From: an uncultured Chloroflexia bacterium
GTDB lineage: Bacteria; Chloroflexota; Limnocylindria; Limnocylindrales; CSP1-4
Direction: 5' to 3'
NCBI GenBank assembly: GCA_963707215.1
Contig: CAVPPB010000003.1
Span: forward strand, 672,001-736,000
DNA: 64,000 nt
Positions 9,678-19,352 of this stretch are shown one piece after another (positions within the stretch are counted from its first letter, which is position 1; the number at the start of each line of letters is the position of its first letter). Below the pieces are notes generated by a model. The model had not been told where the DNA came from and made no database searches. It saw only the letters and a list, made by a program, of their open reading frames with translations. The position numbers and the translations under genes are program-made.

Positions 9678-10451
9678 TCACGTCGTCAAGGCGCCGCCAT
9701 CCACCGGCAGGACGGCGCCGGTGATGTAGGCGGCGGAGTCTGAGGCGAGGAAGGCGATCGCCGCGGCGACCTCCACGGCCTGCCCGACCCGACCGAGCGG
9801 GACCCGGCCCTCGAGATAGGCTCGCCCGTCCGGCGTCTCCGGGCGCATCAGGAGCATCGGCGTGTCGATGAGCCCCGGAGCTACGGCGTTGACCCGGATC
9901 CCGAGGTGCCCCCACTCGGCCGCAAGCTGACGTGTGAGAGCCACGATGCCGCTCTTGGCCGCCGAATATGCCGGAGCCGGCTCGCTCCGGTCGCCCTGGA
10001 AGGCCGCAATCGAGCTGACGTTGACGATCGCCCCTGGCAGCCCGGCATCGGCGAGGCGCCGGGCCACGGCGCCGGCCATGAGATAGGGGGCGCGGAGATT
10101 GGCCGAGAGCACGTCGTCCCAGGTCGCGGCGTCGACGTCCAGGGCCGGTCCGACCCGATAGATGCCGGCTGCGTTGACGAGGACGTCGGCGGGACCGTCC
10201 AGGATCGAGGTCGCGCGAGCCACGGCGTCGCCGGCGTCCGGGTCGAGCCCGACGTCGGCGGTGACCCACCGCACCCCGAGGTCGGCCGCCGCGGCCTCGG
10301 CCTCGACGCGGTCGACGATGACGACGGACGCGCCGCCGTCCCGGAGGAGCCGGGCGGTCGCCAGCCCGATGCCCGACGCCCCGCCCGTGACGATCGCACG
10401 CCGGCCGGTGAACCGCGGGGTAGCCGCACCCGGAGCGCCGTTCGTCGTCAT
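9678..10451 (-). CDS. SDR family oxidoreductase
   Basis: TGGASGIG, NAAG, YSAAK, NAVAPG and VDGG motifs. Confidence 0.92.
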   Translation of the reverse strand: MTTNGAPGAATPRFTGRRAIVTGGASGIGLATARLLRDGGASVVIVDRVEAEAAAADLGVRWVTADVGLDPDAGDAVARATSILDGPADVLVNAAGIYRVGPALDVDAATWDDVLSANLRAPYLMAGAVARRLADAGLPGAIVNVSSIAAFQGDRSEPAPAYSAAKSGIVALTRQLAAEWGHLGIRVNAVAPGLIDTPMLLMRPETPDGRAYLEGRVPLGRVGQAVEVAAAIAFLASDSAAYITGAVLPVDGGALTT

Positions 10452-11224
10452 GTCCGAAGGACGCCGCCGTTGACGCCGATCGTCTGCCCGGTCACGTAGG
10501 CTGCATCCTCGGAGGCCAGCCAGACCACGGCTCCCGCGATGTCGTCCCCGGTGCCGTGGCGTCCCAGCGGGATCGTCCGCCGCACCTCCTCGACGAGCGA
10601 CTCGAAGGAGGCGCCGGTCGCCGCCGCCCTCGCTCGGAGGTCGTCCCAGTGCATCTCGGTCGCCATGTTGCCGGGCGAGACCGTGTTGACGCGGATCCCG
10701 TGCGGGCCGAGCTCGGCCGCCAGGGCCTGGGTGGCGGTCGACACCCCACCCTTCGAGGCGCCATAGGCCACCCCACCGGCCACGCCGTGCTGACCGAAGA
10801 TCGAGCCGATGTTGACGATGGATCCGGCCCGTCCGCTCGCCACCCACCCGCGGGCGACCTCCCGGGCGGCGAGGATCGTCCCGAGGAGGTTGACGTCGAG
10901 GACCCGTCGGATCTCCTCGACCGAGGTGTCGACGAGATCGGTGACGCCGCCGCCGATGCCTGCGACGTTCACGAGCAGATCGAGCGGACCGAGGCGGTCG
11001 ATGGCCGCACGGACCGCCCGCTCGACGTCGGCCGGATCGGAGACGTCGGCGACGATGCCGATCGCGCGCCGGTCGCCGTGCTCCCCAGCCAGGGCAGACG
11101 CCGTCGTCCGGACCGTCGCCGCGATGTCGACGAGCGCGACCGCCCATCCGTCGTCCACGAGCCTGGCGGCCACTCCCTCGCCGAGCCCGCGAGCGGCTCC
11201 GGTGACGAGGGCGGTCCCGGTCAT
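10448..11224 (-). CDS. SDR family oxidoreductase
   Basis: TGAARGLG, YGASK, NTVSPG and VNGG motifs. Confidence 0.92.
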   Translation of the reverse strand: MTGTALVTGAARGLGEGVAARLVDDGWAVALVDIAATVRTTASALAGEHGDRRAIGIVADVSDPADVERAVRAAIDRLGPLDLLVNVAGIGGGVTDLVDTSVEEIRRVLDVNLLGTILAAREVARGWVASGRAGSIVNIGSIFGQHGVAGGVAYGASKGGVSTATQALAAELGPHGIRVNTVSPGNMATEMHWDDLRARAAATGASFESLVEEVRRTIPLGRHGTGDDIAGAVVWLASEDAAYVTGQTIGVNGGVLRT

Positions 11225-12006
11225 GGGACGCGCTCGGCCACCTCGCCGCAGGTGGCGAGCCAGACATCATCGAGCCCACGAGCGAAGTCGAGGATGGCGC
11301 CGAGGAGCGGCAGCCGGCCGGGTCGGCCGATGATCTGCGGATGCATCGTCAGGAGGGCAAGACCGCCCATCTCCCGGACGCCCAGGATCTCGGCCTCCCA
11401 GATCGCCCGGACCTCCGCCACCGTCGAGATCTTCTTCGTCCAGCTGGCCCCGTCGAACATGAAGTGGGGCGCGTCATCGAGGATCCACTGGATCGGTAGC
11501 TCGACGATCCCCGAGCCCTCGTGGCGGTACGGCCGGATGTCATCCATCAGATTCGAGGCATAGGCGAAGTCGTGCTGGCGGAGCAGGTCGAGCGTGTTCG
11601 GACTCAGGTCCCAGGACGGCGAGCGGTACCCGCGGACGCGCGCCCCGAGGCCCTCGAGCACTTCGCGCCCCCTGAGCAGCTCATCTTCCTCCTCGGCCCG
11701 GGACAGTCTGGTCGGCGATGTGTGGGTGTAGCCGTGGTGGGCGACCTCGTGTCCGGCGGCCAGGATCTCCTCCACCCGGCCGGGATGACGCTCGGCCACC
11801 CGGCCCGGCACGAAGAAGGTCGCCCGGATCCCGTGGCGACCGAGGAGCTCGAGGATGGCTGGCACGGCGACCTTGGCGCCGTAGGTCCCCTGCGACAGGA
11901 CGCCGGGCTTGTCCGCGTTGGCTGGGTCTTCGCCGATCCAGAGCTCCTCGGCGTCGAAGTCGAACGAGACGACGATGACGGCCCGCTTGCCGCCCGGCCA
12001 CCACAC
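11221..12006 (-). CDS. Polysaccharide deacetylase family (CE4, PgdA/PuuE-like) hydrolase
   Basis: WPGGKRAVIVVSFDFD, ATFFVPG, HEVAHHGYTH, GYRSPSW and MHPQIIGRP motifs; GTG 12006 start inferred. Confidence 0.88.
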   Translation of the reverse strand: MWWPGGKRAVIVVSFDFDAEELWIGEDPANADKPGVLSQGTYGAKVAVPAILELLGRHGIRATFFVPGRVAERHPGRVEEILAAGHEVAHHGYTHTSPTRLSRAEEEDELLRGREVLEGLGARVRGYRSPSWDLSPNTLDLLRQHDFAYASNLMDDIRPYRHEGSGIVELPIQWILDDAPHFMFDGASWTKKISTVAEVRAIWEAEILGVREMGGLALLTMHPQIIGRPGRLPLLGAILDFARGLDDVWLATCGEVAERVP

Positions 12007-12008
12007 GG

Positions 12009-13037
12009 TCAGGTTCCCTCGTCGCCGGGTCCGGGGGCTCCCTCGGCCTGGCCACGATCGGGGCGACGGACCCGACTCGAGATCGCCGCGACGACGCGGT
12101 CGACGATCTGCATGATGCCGCCGGGGAAGAACAGGACCGTCAGGACGATGAGTCCGCCGAGGACCCCGAGGCGCAGGCTGCCGGCGACCCGCAGGTACTC
12201 GCTCCCGAAGGTGACGACGACGGCCCCGAGGATCGGCCCGAGGAAGGTGCCGGCACCGCCGAGCAGCCACATCGCGACCACCATCAGGAACTGGTCGATC
12301 CCGAGCATGCCCGGCGAGATCTGACCGAGCGTATGGGCGAAGAACCCGCCGGCCAGCCCGGTCACGAATGCCGAGATGGCGAACACCTTGAGCCCCTGGC
12401 GGAACCTCGACACCCCGAGGGCGACGGCGAAGTCCTCCGAATCCCGAAGCGCGACGAAGACCATCCCGGTCGTGCCCTTGACGATCCTGTAGAGGATGGT
12501 CATGGCCACGACGCAGAAGACGAGCGTGATGTAGTAGGCCTGCCACTTCTGGAGGTCGGGCAGGAACTCGGGGATCCCGAGGAGGCCGATCCCGCCGCCC
12601 GTCCACTCCCGAAGGATCGAGATGATCGAGGGCAGGGCGTCGGCGAAGACGAGGGTGAGCAGGGCGATATAGATGCCACGGAGTCGCAGGACCGGGAACC
12701 CGAGCAGGACGGTGACGATCACCATCGTGGCGGTGGCCCCCACCCAGATCGTCAGCCAGGGCGAGACCCCGAGCTCCTTGGCCATCACCGCCGAGATATA
12801 GGCCCCGAGAGCGAAGAAGCCGAGGTTGCCCAGGGAGAGGATGCCCGCGTAGCCGTTGAGCAGGTTCCAGTACGAGGCCACCACGATCCAGATGAACGTG
12901 AGCCCGGCGACGTGGAGGAGGAAGCGGCTCGCACCGAGATAGGGCACTGCGGCCAGGACCGCGATGGTGACGATCGCCAGGAGCAGTGGGATCCGGTCCC
13001 GCCCGGCGAGGCGACGGACCGCGGGGGCTGCGTTCAC
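12009..13037 (-). CDS. Branched-chain amino acid type ABC transporter permease (LivM-like)
   Basis: WNLLNGYAGILSLG, LRLRGIYIALLTL and LLGGAGTFLGP motifs. Confidence 0.9.
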   Translation of the reverse strand: MNAAPAVRRLAGRDRIPLLLAIVTIAVLAAVPYLGASRFLLHVAGLTFIWIVVASYWNLLNGYAGILSLGNLGFFALGAYISAVMAKELGVSPWLTIWVGATATMVIVTVLLGFPVLRLRGIYIALLTLVFADALPSIISILREWTGGGIGLLGIPEFLPDLQKWQAYYITLVFCVVAMTILYRIVKGTTGMVFVALRDSEDFAVALGVSRFRQGLKVFAISAFVTGLAGGFFAHTLGQISPGMLGIDQFLMVVAMWLLGGAGTFLGPILGAVVVTFGSEYLRVAGSLRLGVLGGLIVLTVLFFPGGIMQIVDRVVAAISSRVRRPDRGQAEGAPGPGDEGT

Positions 13038-13903
13038 GTCGTCCGCCCGCCGAGGATCCCCTGCGGTCGCAACCAGAGCGCGATGATGAACGTGGCCAGC
13101 CAGGCCGGCCAGACCCAGAGGGTGCCCAGCTGGAGCGTCACGAACGTCTCGATCAGGCCGAGGACGAGCGCAGCCACGATCGCACCGGGCACGTTCCCGA
13201 GCCCGCCGAACGTGACGATGATGAAGCCTTTGATCATCCACTCCCACCCGATGTGGGGGGTCATGAACGACTTCGTGCCGAGGAGCACGCCGCTCATCGC
13301 CGTCACCCCGAAGGCCAGCGCAAAGGTGGCCCCGTGGATCCGGTCGATGTCGATGCCGACGATGCGCGCCCCGGAGACCGAAGTAGCGACCGCCCGCATG
13401 GCTCGGCCGAGCGAGCTCCGGTTGAGGAACGTCCACAGCGCCACGATGATCAGGACGGCCAGGAGGACGAGCGCGACGTCGTTCAGGCTCACCGTGACGG
13501 GCCCGATGTCGGCCTCGCCTTCGATGAAGACCGGGATGGACTTCACGCGCGGCCCGAACGCCTCGAGCATCCCCCACTCCAGGAGGATGGCCAGTCCGAG
13601 CGTGAACAGGAGCGTCGCGAACGCCCATTCGGCCCGCCGCAGCAGCGAGCGGATGGCCAGCTGGTACAGCACCCATCCGAAGACGGCCATCACCACGACC
13701 GCGACGGCGATCGCGATGCCCAGTGGCGCGTCGACCGAGGTGATGACGAGCCAGGCGACATAGGCGCCCAGGACGGCGATGTGCCCATGGGCGAAGTTGA
13801 AGACATGGCTGACGCCATAGATGACCGTCAGCCCGATAGCCATCGACGCGTAGAGGCCGCCGACGACGAGACCACTCCAGGCGGCGCTGAGGATGGCATC
13901 CAT
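13034..13903 (-). CDS. Branched-chain amino acid type ABC transporter permease (LivH-like)
   Basis: GLTVIYGVSHVFNFAHG, GRAMRAVA and FGGLGNVPGA motifs. Confidence 0.92.
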   Translation of the reverse strand: MDAILSAAWSGLVVGGLYASMAIGLTVIYGVSHVFNFAHGHIAVLGAYVAWLVITSVDAPLGIAIAVAVVVMAVFGWVLYQLAIRSLLRRAEWAFATLLFTLGLAILLEWGMLEAFGPRVKSIPVFIEGEADIGPVTVSLNDVALVLLAVLIIVALWTFLNRSSLGRAMRAVATSVSGARIVGIDIDRIHGATFALAFGVTAMSGVLLGTKSFMTPHIGWEWMIKGFIIVTFGGLGNVPGAIVAALVLGLIETFVTLQLGTLWVWPAWLATFIIALWLRPQGILGGRTT

Positions 13904-14601
13904 CAGAAGTACGCCTCCTTCAGCTCCTCCACGCTGGCCTCCGCGGAAGGCCGTTCGAACTGGACCGCCCCGCGCTTCATCATGTAGATGCGGCTGGTCA
14001 GGCGCAGCGCGTAGTCGATCTCCTGCTCGACGAGCAGGACGGTGATCCCGGCGTCCTGGTTGATGCGAAGGATCGCGCCATAGACGGCCTTCTTCATGCC
14101 CGGGGCGAGCCCGATCGACGGCTCGTCGATGAGCAGCATGCGGGCGCCGCTCATCAGGCCCCTGGCGATCGCCACCATCCGGCTCTCACCGCCGGACATC
14201 GTCATGCAGACCTGGCGCTGGCGCTCCTTGAGCCGGGGGAAGACATCGAAGACGAACTCGAGGTTCCGGCGGTACTCGGGACGGGCGGTCCGGGAGTAGG
14301 CCCCGAGCTGGAGGTTCTCGAGCACGGTCATGTCGCTGAAGAGGTGCCGCTCCTCCGGTATGTAGGCGATACCAGCCTCGACGATGCGGTGCGGAGGTGT
14401 CCTGACGATCTCCTCGTCCATGAACCGGATCGAACCGCCGGTCGCCGGGTGGACGCCCGAGATCGCCTTGAGGAGCGTCGACTTGCCGTGGCCGTTGGGC
14501 CCCAGCAGGCCGATGATCTCGCCGCCCCGGACGTCGAGCGAGACGCCTCGGAGGACCTGGATGTCCTCGTAGCCGCCGACGACCTGGCGAACCTCGAGCA
14601 T
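13903..14601 (-). CDS. ABC transporter ATP-binding protein (LivF-like)
   Basis: Walker A GPNGHGKS, MSGGE signature, LLIDEPSIGLAP. Confidence 0.92.
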   Translation of the reverse strand: MLEVRQVVGGYEDIQVLRGVSLDVRGGEIIGLLGPNGHGKSTLLKAISGVHPATGGSIRFMDEEIVRTPPHRIVEAGIAYIPEERHLFSDMTVLENLQLGAYSRTARPEYRRNLEFVFDVFPRLKERQRQVCMTMSGGESRMVAIARGLMSGARMLLIDEPSIGLAPGMKKAVYGAILRINQDAGITVLLVEQEIDYALRLTSRIYMMKRGAVQFERPSAEASVEELKEAYF

Positions 14602-14603
14602 GG

Positions 14604-15398
14604 CTACACCTCGTCCTCTGCCACGTCGTCGTCGTCGTCGAGGCCGCCGCCGAGGTAGACGCTCACCACCTCCGGGTGACCCTTGACGTCGTCCGGGTCG
14701 CCTTCGAAGAGGACCGAACCGTAGTGGAGGACGAGCATCCGGTCGGACAGGCCGATCAGCTCGTCGAGAAGGTGCTCGATGATGACGATCGTGGTGCCCC
14801 ACTCCGCCCGGATGCGGGTGACGAGGTCGCGGTAGCGGTCCACCTCGACGTGGGAGAACCCGGCCATGGGCTCGTCGAGGAGGAGCAGGCGCGGCGACGT
14901 CGCCAGGGCCGCCCCCAGGACGACCTTCTTCGTCGTGAAGAGGTCGAGGTTCGTGGCCCGGGCGTCGGCGACACCGCCGAGCTCCAGGAAGTCGATGATC
15001 CGGGGGACGTCCCCCTCGCTCTTGGCTCGCCCGAAGAGCGCCCCGATCCGGAGATTGTCCTTCACGGTGAGCGAGTGGAAGAGCGTCGGGGTCTGGAACG
15101 TGCGCGTCAGCCCGATCTGGCACACGTCGCTCGGACCCATGCCGACGATGTCACGCCCGTCGAAGGAGATCGATCCCGACGTCGGCCGGTAGAACCCCGA
15201 GATCGTGGCGAACAGGACCGACTTGCCGGCTCCGTTCGGACCAGCGATCCCGAAGATGGATCCTTCGGGCACGTCGAACGAGACGTCGTTGACCGCGATC
15301 AGGTTGCCGAACCGGCGGGTGACCGATCGGACCTGGAGGATGGCCGCCCCTCCGCCCGGAGGAGCGGCCGTCCCAGCGCTGCCGACTAGGGCAGCCAC
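14604..15398 (-). CDS. ABC transporter ATP-binding protein (LivG-like)
   Basis: GPNGAGKS, RTFQ, LLLLDEPMAG and IIEH motifs. Confidence 0.92.
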   Translation of the reverse strand: MAALVGSAGTAAPPGGGAAILQVRSVTRRFGNLIAVNDVSFDVPEGSIFGIAGPNGAGKSVLFATISGFYRPTSGSISFDGRDIVGMGPSDVCQIGLTRTFQTPTLFHSLTVKDNLRIGALFGRAKSEGDVPRIIDFLELGGVADARATNLDLFTTKKVVLGAALATSPRLLLLDEPMAGFSHVEVDRYRDLVTRIRAEWGTTIVIIEHLLDELIGLSDRMLVLHYGSVLFEGDPDDVKGHPEVVSVYLGGGLDDDDDVAEDEV

Positions 15399-16678
15399 GG
15401 TGGCGACTGGATCTCACCCTCGGCGGCGTTCTCGGGCAGGACCACCACGTTCGCGCCGTCCTGGACCTGCGACCAGAGGGTCGGCAGGAGATCGTCGCCC
15501 GCCTGCGCGTACTGACCATCCTCCAGCGAAGTGAAGTCGTAGGTCCCGGCGAAGCCCTGGTAGACGGTCTCCCGGATCGCGTCGTTGACCTGGTCGAAGC
15601 ATTCGACGCAGCCGACTTCCTCGACCGCGTTGGCCCAGATGTCGAAAGCGTCCCGGACGACGTAGCCGTGGATCGACTTCGGCTCACCGCCGTACAGCTC
15701 GACCCAGCGAGCCGTGTAGTCGACCTTGTCGAGTCCGATCTTGTCGGACACGCCGATGACCGTGGACCAGAGCATCCCTTCCGCCGAGTCGCCGCTCAGC
15801 TCAAGGAACTCGGGGATGCTCGGGGTGTACTGCATGTAGACGAGGCTGTTCAGCCCTGAGTCGCCGAACTGGGCATCCCACTGGTTCATGAACCGCGCCG
15901 CGTCCGAGGGGTCCAGGTTCCAGAAGGTCACGAAGGCCGGCTCGGCCGCCTCGATCCGCGAGAGGATGGGGCCCCACTCCTCGACGCCGAAGGGCGTGAC
16001 CTCGTCGACCGCGATCTCGTAGCCCTGCTCCTGGATGAACTCCTTGAACGCCTCGGCGCCGACGACGTTGTAAGCGTAGTCCGTGGTGATCACCGCAGCC
16101 GACTTGTTGGTCGGGGTGAAGCCGATCTGCTCAGCGATCTGCGGGAGGAGCTCTGCCGAGTTCACACCGTAGTCGTAGTCGCTCGGGTCGTACTGGAAGA
16201 CGTTGCCGTACTTGTCAGGGTCCTCACGGACCGGGTCGACCGCGGCGGTCATCGTCACGGCGTGGAGGTATGGCATGTCACCCTCGCCGAAGGCCAGCGT
16301 GTTGATGCCGCTGTCGTCGTAGCCGGTGATGACCGCGTCGGGATCCTCGCCGAGGATCCGCTCGCCACAGGCCTGGATCGTGTCGACCTCCAGGGCCGCG
16401 ACGTCGCAGGTCACGAGCGTCAGCTGGCGCCCGAGGACGCCGCCGTCGGCGTTGTACTCGTCGATCGCCATCTCCAGGGCCTGGAGCATCTCCTCGCCGT
16501 CGCTCGCATACGGACCGGTCAGCGGCATCGCCGAACCGATCACGATCGGCTCGGTGCTGTCGCCGCCGCCTTCGCTGGGCGCCGGCGTCTCATCATCCGC
16601 CCCGGGGGGCGCGCAGGCCGACAGCGCAAGCACGAAGGCGAGGCTGATGGCCGGGAACGTGAATTGGCGTGTCGACAT
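15386..16678 (-). CDS. ABC transporter substrate-binding lipoprotein (LivJ/K-like, type I PBP)
   Basis: Lipobox LSAC; IVIGSAMPLTGPYA; AIDEYNADGGVLGRQL; SD GGAGG upstream of ATG 16678. Confidence 0.9.
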   Translation of the reverse strand: MSTRQFTFPAISLAFVLALSACAPPGADDETPAPSEGGGDSTEPIVIGSAMPLTGPYASDGEEMLQALEMAIDEYNADGGVLGRQLTLVTCDVAALEVDTIQACGERILGEDPDAVITGYDDSGINTLAFGEGDMPYLHAVTMTAAVDPVREDPDKYGNVFQYDPSDYDYGVNSAELLPQIAEQIGFTPTNKSAAVITTDYAYNVVGAEAFKEFIQEQGYEIAVDEVTPFGVEEWGPILSRIEAAEPAFVTFWNLDPSDAARFMNQWDAQFGDSGLNSLVYMQYTPSIPEFLELSGDSAEGMLWSTVIGVSDKIGLDKVDYTARWVELYGGEPKSIHGYVVRDAFDIWANAVEEVGCVECFDQVNDAIRETVYQGFAGTYDFTSLEDGQYAQAGDDLLPTLWSQVQDGANVVVLPENAAEGEIQSPPWLP

Positions 16679-16756
16679 GACGACCCTCCCATGGACGGGC
16701 CCCGGTACGCTCCCCTCCGGCGGCGGTCCCGTCCTACCGCGATCCATGGCACTGGC

Positions 16757-16776
16757 AGGATACACAACTGCATGCA
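16757..16776 (-). promoter_or_regulatory. Putative extended -10 (TGtgTATCCT) with adjacent TGCATGCA palindrome (possible GntR-type operator) for the ABC/catabolic operon
   Basis: AT-rich patch in the divergent intergenic region. Confidence 0.35.
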
Positions 16777-16815
16777 CTCCCTATCCGGCCATCCGGCAGC
16801 ACGACGACGATCGCC

Positions 16816-17760
16816 ATGACGAAGCCGCGCGGGTGGATGGCGGTCGCCCTCGGCGGGCTGTTGGTCGCGGGCGCGGTCGCGCTCGCCCTGATCGCCTGGA
16901 TCGCGGGTGTCGGGCCCGACGCCCCGGGACCGATCGGCACCAGCGCCAACGGGCCCATCGCCTTCGTTCGCTCTGCGGGCCGGGAGGCGGACCTCCTGGA
17001 GGTCGAAGCGATCTCCGGTGAGGAACGGGTCTGGTTCGCCGGACGGGGCACTGTGAGCACGCCCGCCTGGTCGGCCGACGGGAGATCGCTCGCCTACGCC
17101 TGGCGGGACCCGACCGCCGGCGGCTACCGGATCCGGGTCGCGGACGCGGACGGCTCGAACGACCGGCCGGTCACGCCGGGCGACGCGATCGATGCGAGCC
17201 CCGCCTGGTCGCCAGAGGGCGACCGCATCGCCTTCTCGAGCAACCGCGACGGACCGCGCTTCGGGGTCTTCGTAATGGCAGCCGACGGCTCGGCGCCCGT
17301 TCGCCTGGTCGACGGTCAGGACCCAGCCTGGTCACCGACCGGCGAGTGGATCGCCTTCGTGCGGCTCGTCGACGGAGCCCGCGACGTCTTCCTGATACGG
17401 CCCGACGGACGTGACCTGAGGAACATCACGGCCGGCCGGGCCGATGACACGGATCCGGCCTGGACGCCGGACGGGACAGGGATCATCTTCGCGAGCGACC
17501 GCGGCGGCGACTTCGATCTCTACAGGACGCGGCCCGAGGGCGGCACCGTCACCCGACTGACCGAGGGATCGGAGGACGACCGCAGCCCGGCCGTCTCTCC
17601 CGATGGCGCCCTGGTCGCCTTCTCCCGCCAGACCTCGAGCTCGGCCGACCTGTGGGTGGTCGGCGAGGACGGGGTCGAGCGACGCCTGACCGACGATCCC
17701 CTCTTCGACGTGGACCCGGCCTGGCAGCCTCACTCCGGAGCCGGGCAAGGTGCCGGCTGA
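16816..17760 (+). CDS. TolB-like beta-propeller protein (PD40 repeats) with N-terminal membrane anchor
   Basis: Repeated PAWSPDG..IAF units. Confidence 0.85.
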   Translation: MTKPRGWMAVALGGLLVAGAVALALIAWIAGVGPDAPGPIGTSANGPIAFVRSAGREADLLEVEAISGEERVWFAGRGTVSTPAWSADGRSLAYAWRDPTAGGYRIRVADADGSNDRPVTPGDAIDASPAWSPEGDRIAFSSNRDGPRFGVFVMAADGSAPVRLVDGQDPAWSPTGEWIAFVRLVDGARDVFLIRPDGRDLRNITAGRADDTDPAWTPDGTGIIFASDRGGDFDLYRTRPEGGTVTRLTEGSEDDRSPAVSPDGALVAFSRQTSSSADLWVVGEDGVERRLTDDPLFDVDPAWQPHSGAGQGAG

Positions 17761-17816
17761 CCGAGAGCGAGCAGCGCACGTGCGTCCGGACAGGCTCCGG
17801 TGGCGAGGGGAGGGGG

Positions 17817-17892
17817 TGGCGCGCCCGGCGAGACTCGAACTCACGGCCTTCTGGTCCGCAACCAGATGCTCTATCCACTGAGCTACGGGCGC
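17817..17892 (-). tRNA. tRNA-Arg (anticodon GCG)
   Basis: GCGCCCGTAGCTCAGTGGATAGAGCA TCTGG TT-GCG-GA CCAGA AGGCCGTGAGTTCGAGTCTCGCCGGGCGCGCCA; encoded CCA. Confidence 0.95.
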
Positions 17893-17899
17893 CCGAGGG

Positions 17900-17991
<92 letters not shown>

Positions 17992-18003
17992 GTCGCGGGC
18001 GCC

Positions 18004-18012
18004 ATTCTAGCA
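18004..18012 (-). promoter_or_regulatory. Extended -10 promoter of the tRNA pair
   Basis: TGcTAGAAT 12 nt upstream of tRNA-Ser. Confidence 0.6.
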
Positions 18013-18089
18013 TCGGGTCCCGGACGGCCCGGACGGCCCACGGGGCCTGGCCGACGCTCGCCGCAGCAGCCGGCTGCGCATCCATCGCA

Positions 18090-18119
18090 TTGACGCCGCC
18101 GAACGGCGTCGGCTATCGT
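18090..18119 (+). promoter_or_regulatory. sigma70-type promoter of the aro operon
   Basis: TTGACG-N18-TATCGT. Confidence 0.65.
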
Positions 18120-18131
18120 CCGGGACCAGAC

Positions 18132-18167
18132 ATGGCGTACTGCTTCTACTTTCCAAGCCCGGCATGA
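18132..18167 (+). CDS. Tyr/Phe-rich attenuation leader peptide MAYCFYFPSPA
   Basis: 11-codon uORF with 4 aromatic codons in 5, between the promoter and the terminator upstream of DAHP synthase. Confidence 0.75.
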   Translation: MAYCFYFPSPA

Positions 18168-18213
18168 CCGTTCCCGGACCATAAGACCCGGGAGCGCGGG
18201 TCGTGCCGGGCAG

Positions 18214-18239
18214 AGCAGAGGCGAGGCCTCTGCTTTTTT
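18214..18239 (+). terminator. Intrinsic terminator (attenuator) in the aro leader
   Basis: AGCAGAGGC-gag-GCCTCTGCT followed by TTTTT. Confidence 0.85.
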
Positions 18240-18278
18240 GTTGGCCCGAGACGCAGCGCCCAAGAAGGACGACCACCG

Positions 18279-19352
18279 ATGTTCGTGGTGATGTCACCGA
18301 CCGCCGGGGAGGCCGAGATCCTCGCGGTCAAGAGTCAGATCCTGGCCGAGGGGATGACGCCGTTCGACCACGTCGGCATCGAGCGCACCGTGATCGCCGT
18401 CGTCGGAGAGATCGGGGTCCGCAAAGAGCCGCTGATGCGGCGCCTGGAGGCGATGGCGGGGGTCGATCGCGTCACGCCGATCAGCCGACCCTACAAGCTG
18501 ACCTCCCGCGAGTTCCAGGCCGAGGACACGATCATCCGGGTCGGTGAGACGACGATCGGGGATGGGTCGCTGACGGTGATGGCTGGCCCCTGCTCCATCG
18601 AGAGCCGCGAGCAGCTCATGGAGACCGCTGCGGCGGTCAAGGCCGCCGGCGCGACGATCCTGCGCGGCGGGGCGTTCAAGCCGCGGACCAGCCCCTACTC
18701 CTTCCAGGGACTCGGCGTCGAGGGACTGCGGTACCTCGCCGAGGCCCGCGAGGAGATCGGCCTGCCGGTCATCACCGAGGTCATGGAGCCGAACCAGGTC
18801 GACATCGTGGCCGAGTACGCCGACATCCTCCAGATCGGGACCCGGAACATGCAGAACTACTCGCTCCTGACGGCCGTCGGGCGGGTCGCTCGCCCGGTGA
18901 TGCTGAAGCGGGGCTACGGGGCGACCATCGAGGAGTGGCTGATGGCCGCCGAGTACATCGTCAGCTCTGGCAACCCCGGCGTCATCCTCTGTGAGCGCGG
19001 CATCCGGACGTTCGAGACCTACACGCGCAACACGATGGACCTTTCGGCGGTCCCGCTCCTCCACCACCTCACCCACCTTCCGGTCGTCGTCGACCCGTCC
19101 CATGCCACCGGCAAGCGCTGGCTGGTCAAGCCCCTGGCCATCGGGGGGGTCGCGGTCGGGGCGGACGGGGTCATGGTCGAGGTCCACCCCCGGCCCGACG
19201 AGGCGTTGTCCGATGCCGAGCAGCAGCTCGACCTGGCTCAGTTCGCTGATCTGATGGCCTCGCTCATCCCGATCCATGCCCACATCAGGTCGACAGGCCC
19301 GGCCCCGCTGGTGGCCCAGCTTCCGGACGCCGACGGGGTGCAGAAGCATTGA
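18279..19352 (+). CDS. aroF: 3-deoxy-7-phosphoheptulonate (DAHP) synthase, type I-beta with N-terminal regulatory domain
   Basis: [36 protein letters not shown] and DPSHATG motifs. Confidence 0.96.
   Translation: MFVVMSPTAGEAEILAVKSQILAEGMTPFDHVGIERTVIAVVGEIGVRKEPLMRRLEAMAGVDRVTPISRPYKLTSREFQAEDTIIRVGETTIGDGSLTVMAGPCSIESREQLMETAAAVKAAGATILRGGAFKPRTSPYSFQGLGVEGLRYLAEAREEIGLPVITEVMEPNQVDIVAEYADILQIGTRNMQNYSLLTAVGRVARPVMLKRGYGATIEEWLMAAEYIVSSGNPGVILCERGIRTFETYTRNTMDLSAVPLLHHLTHLPVVVDPSHATGKRWLVKPLAIGGVAVGADGVMVEVHPRPDEALSDAEQQLDLAQFADLMASLIPIHAHIRSTGPAPLVAQLPDADGVQKH

Noticed and set aside
717-17817. Catabolic cluster as an island integrated at the tRNA-Arg 3' end
   Set aside because: No integrase, and no duplicated tRNA 3' end (att) seen in the window
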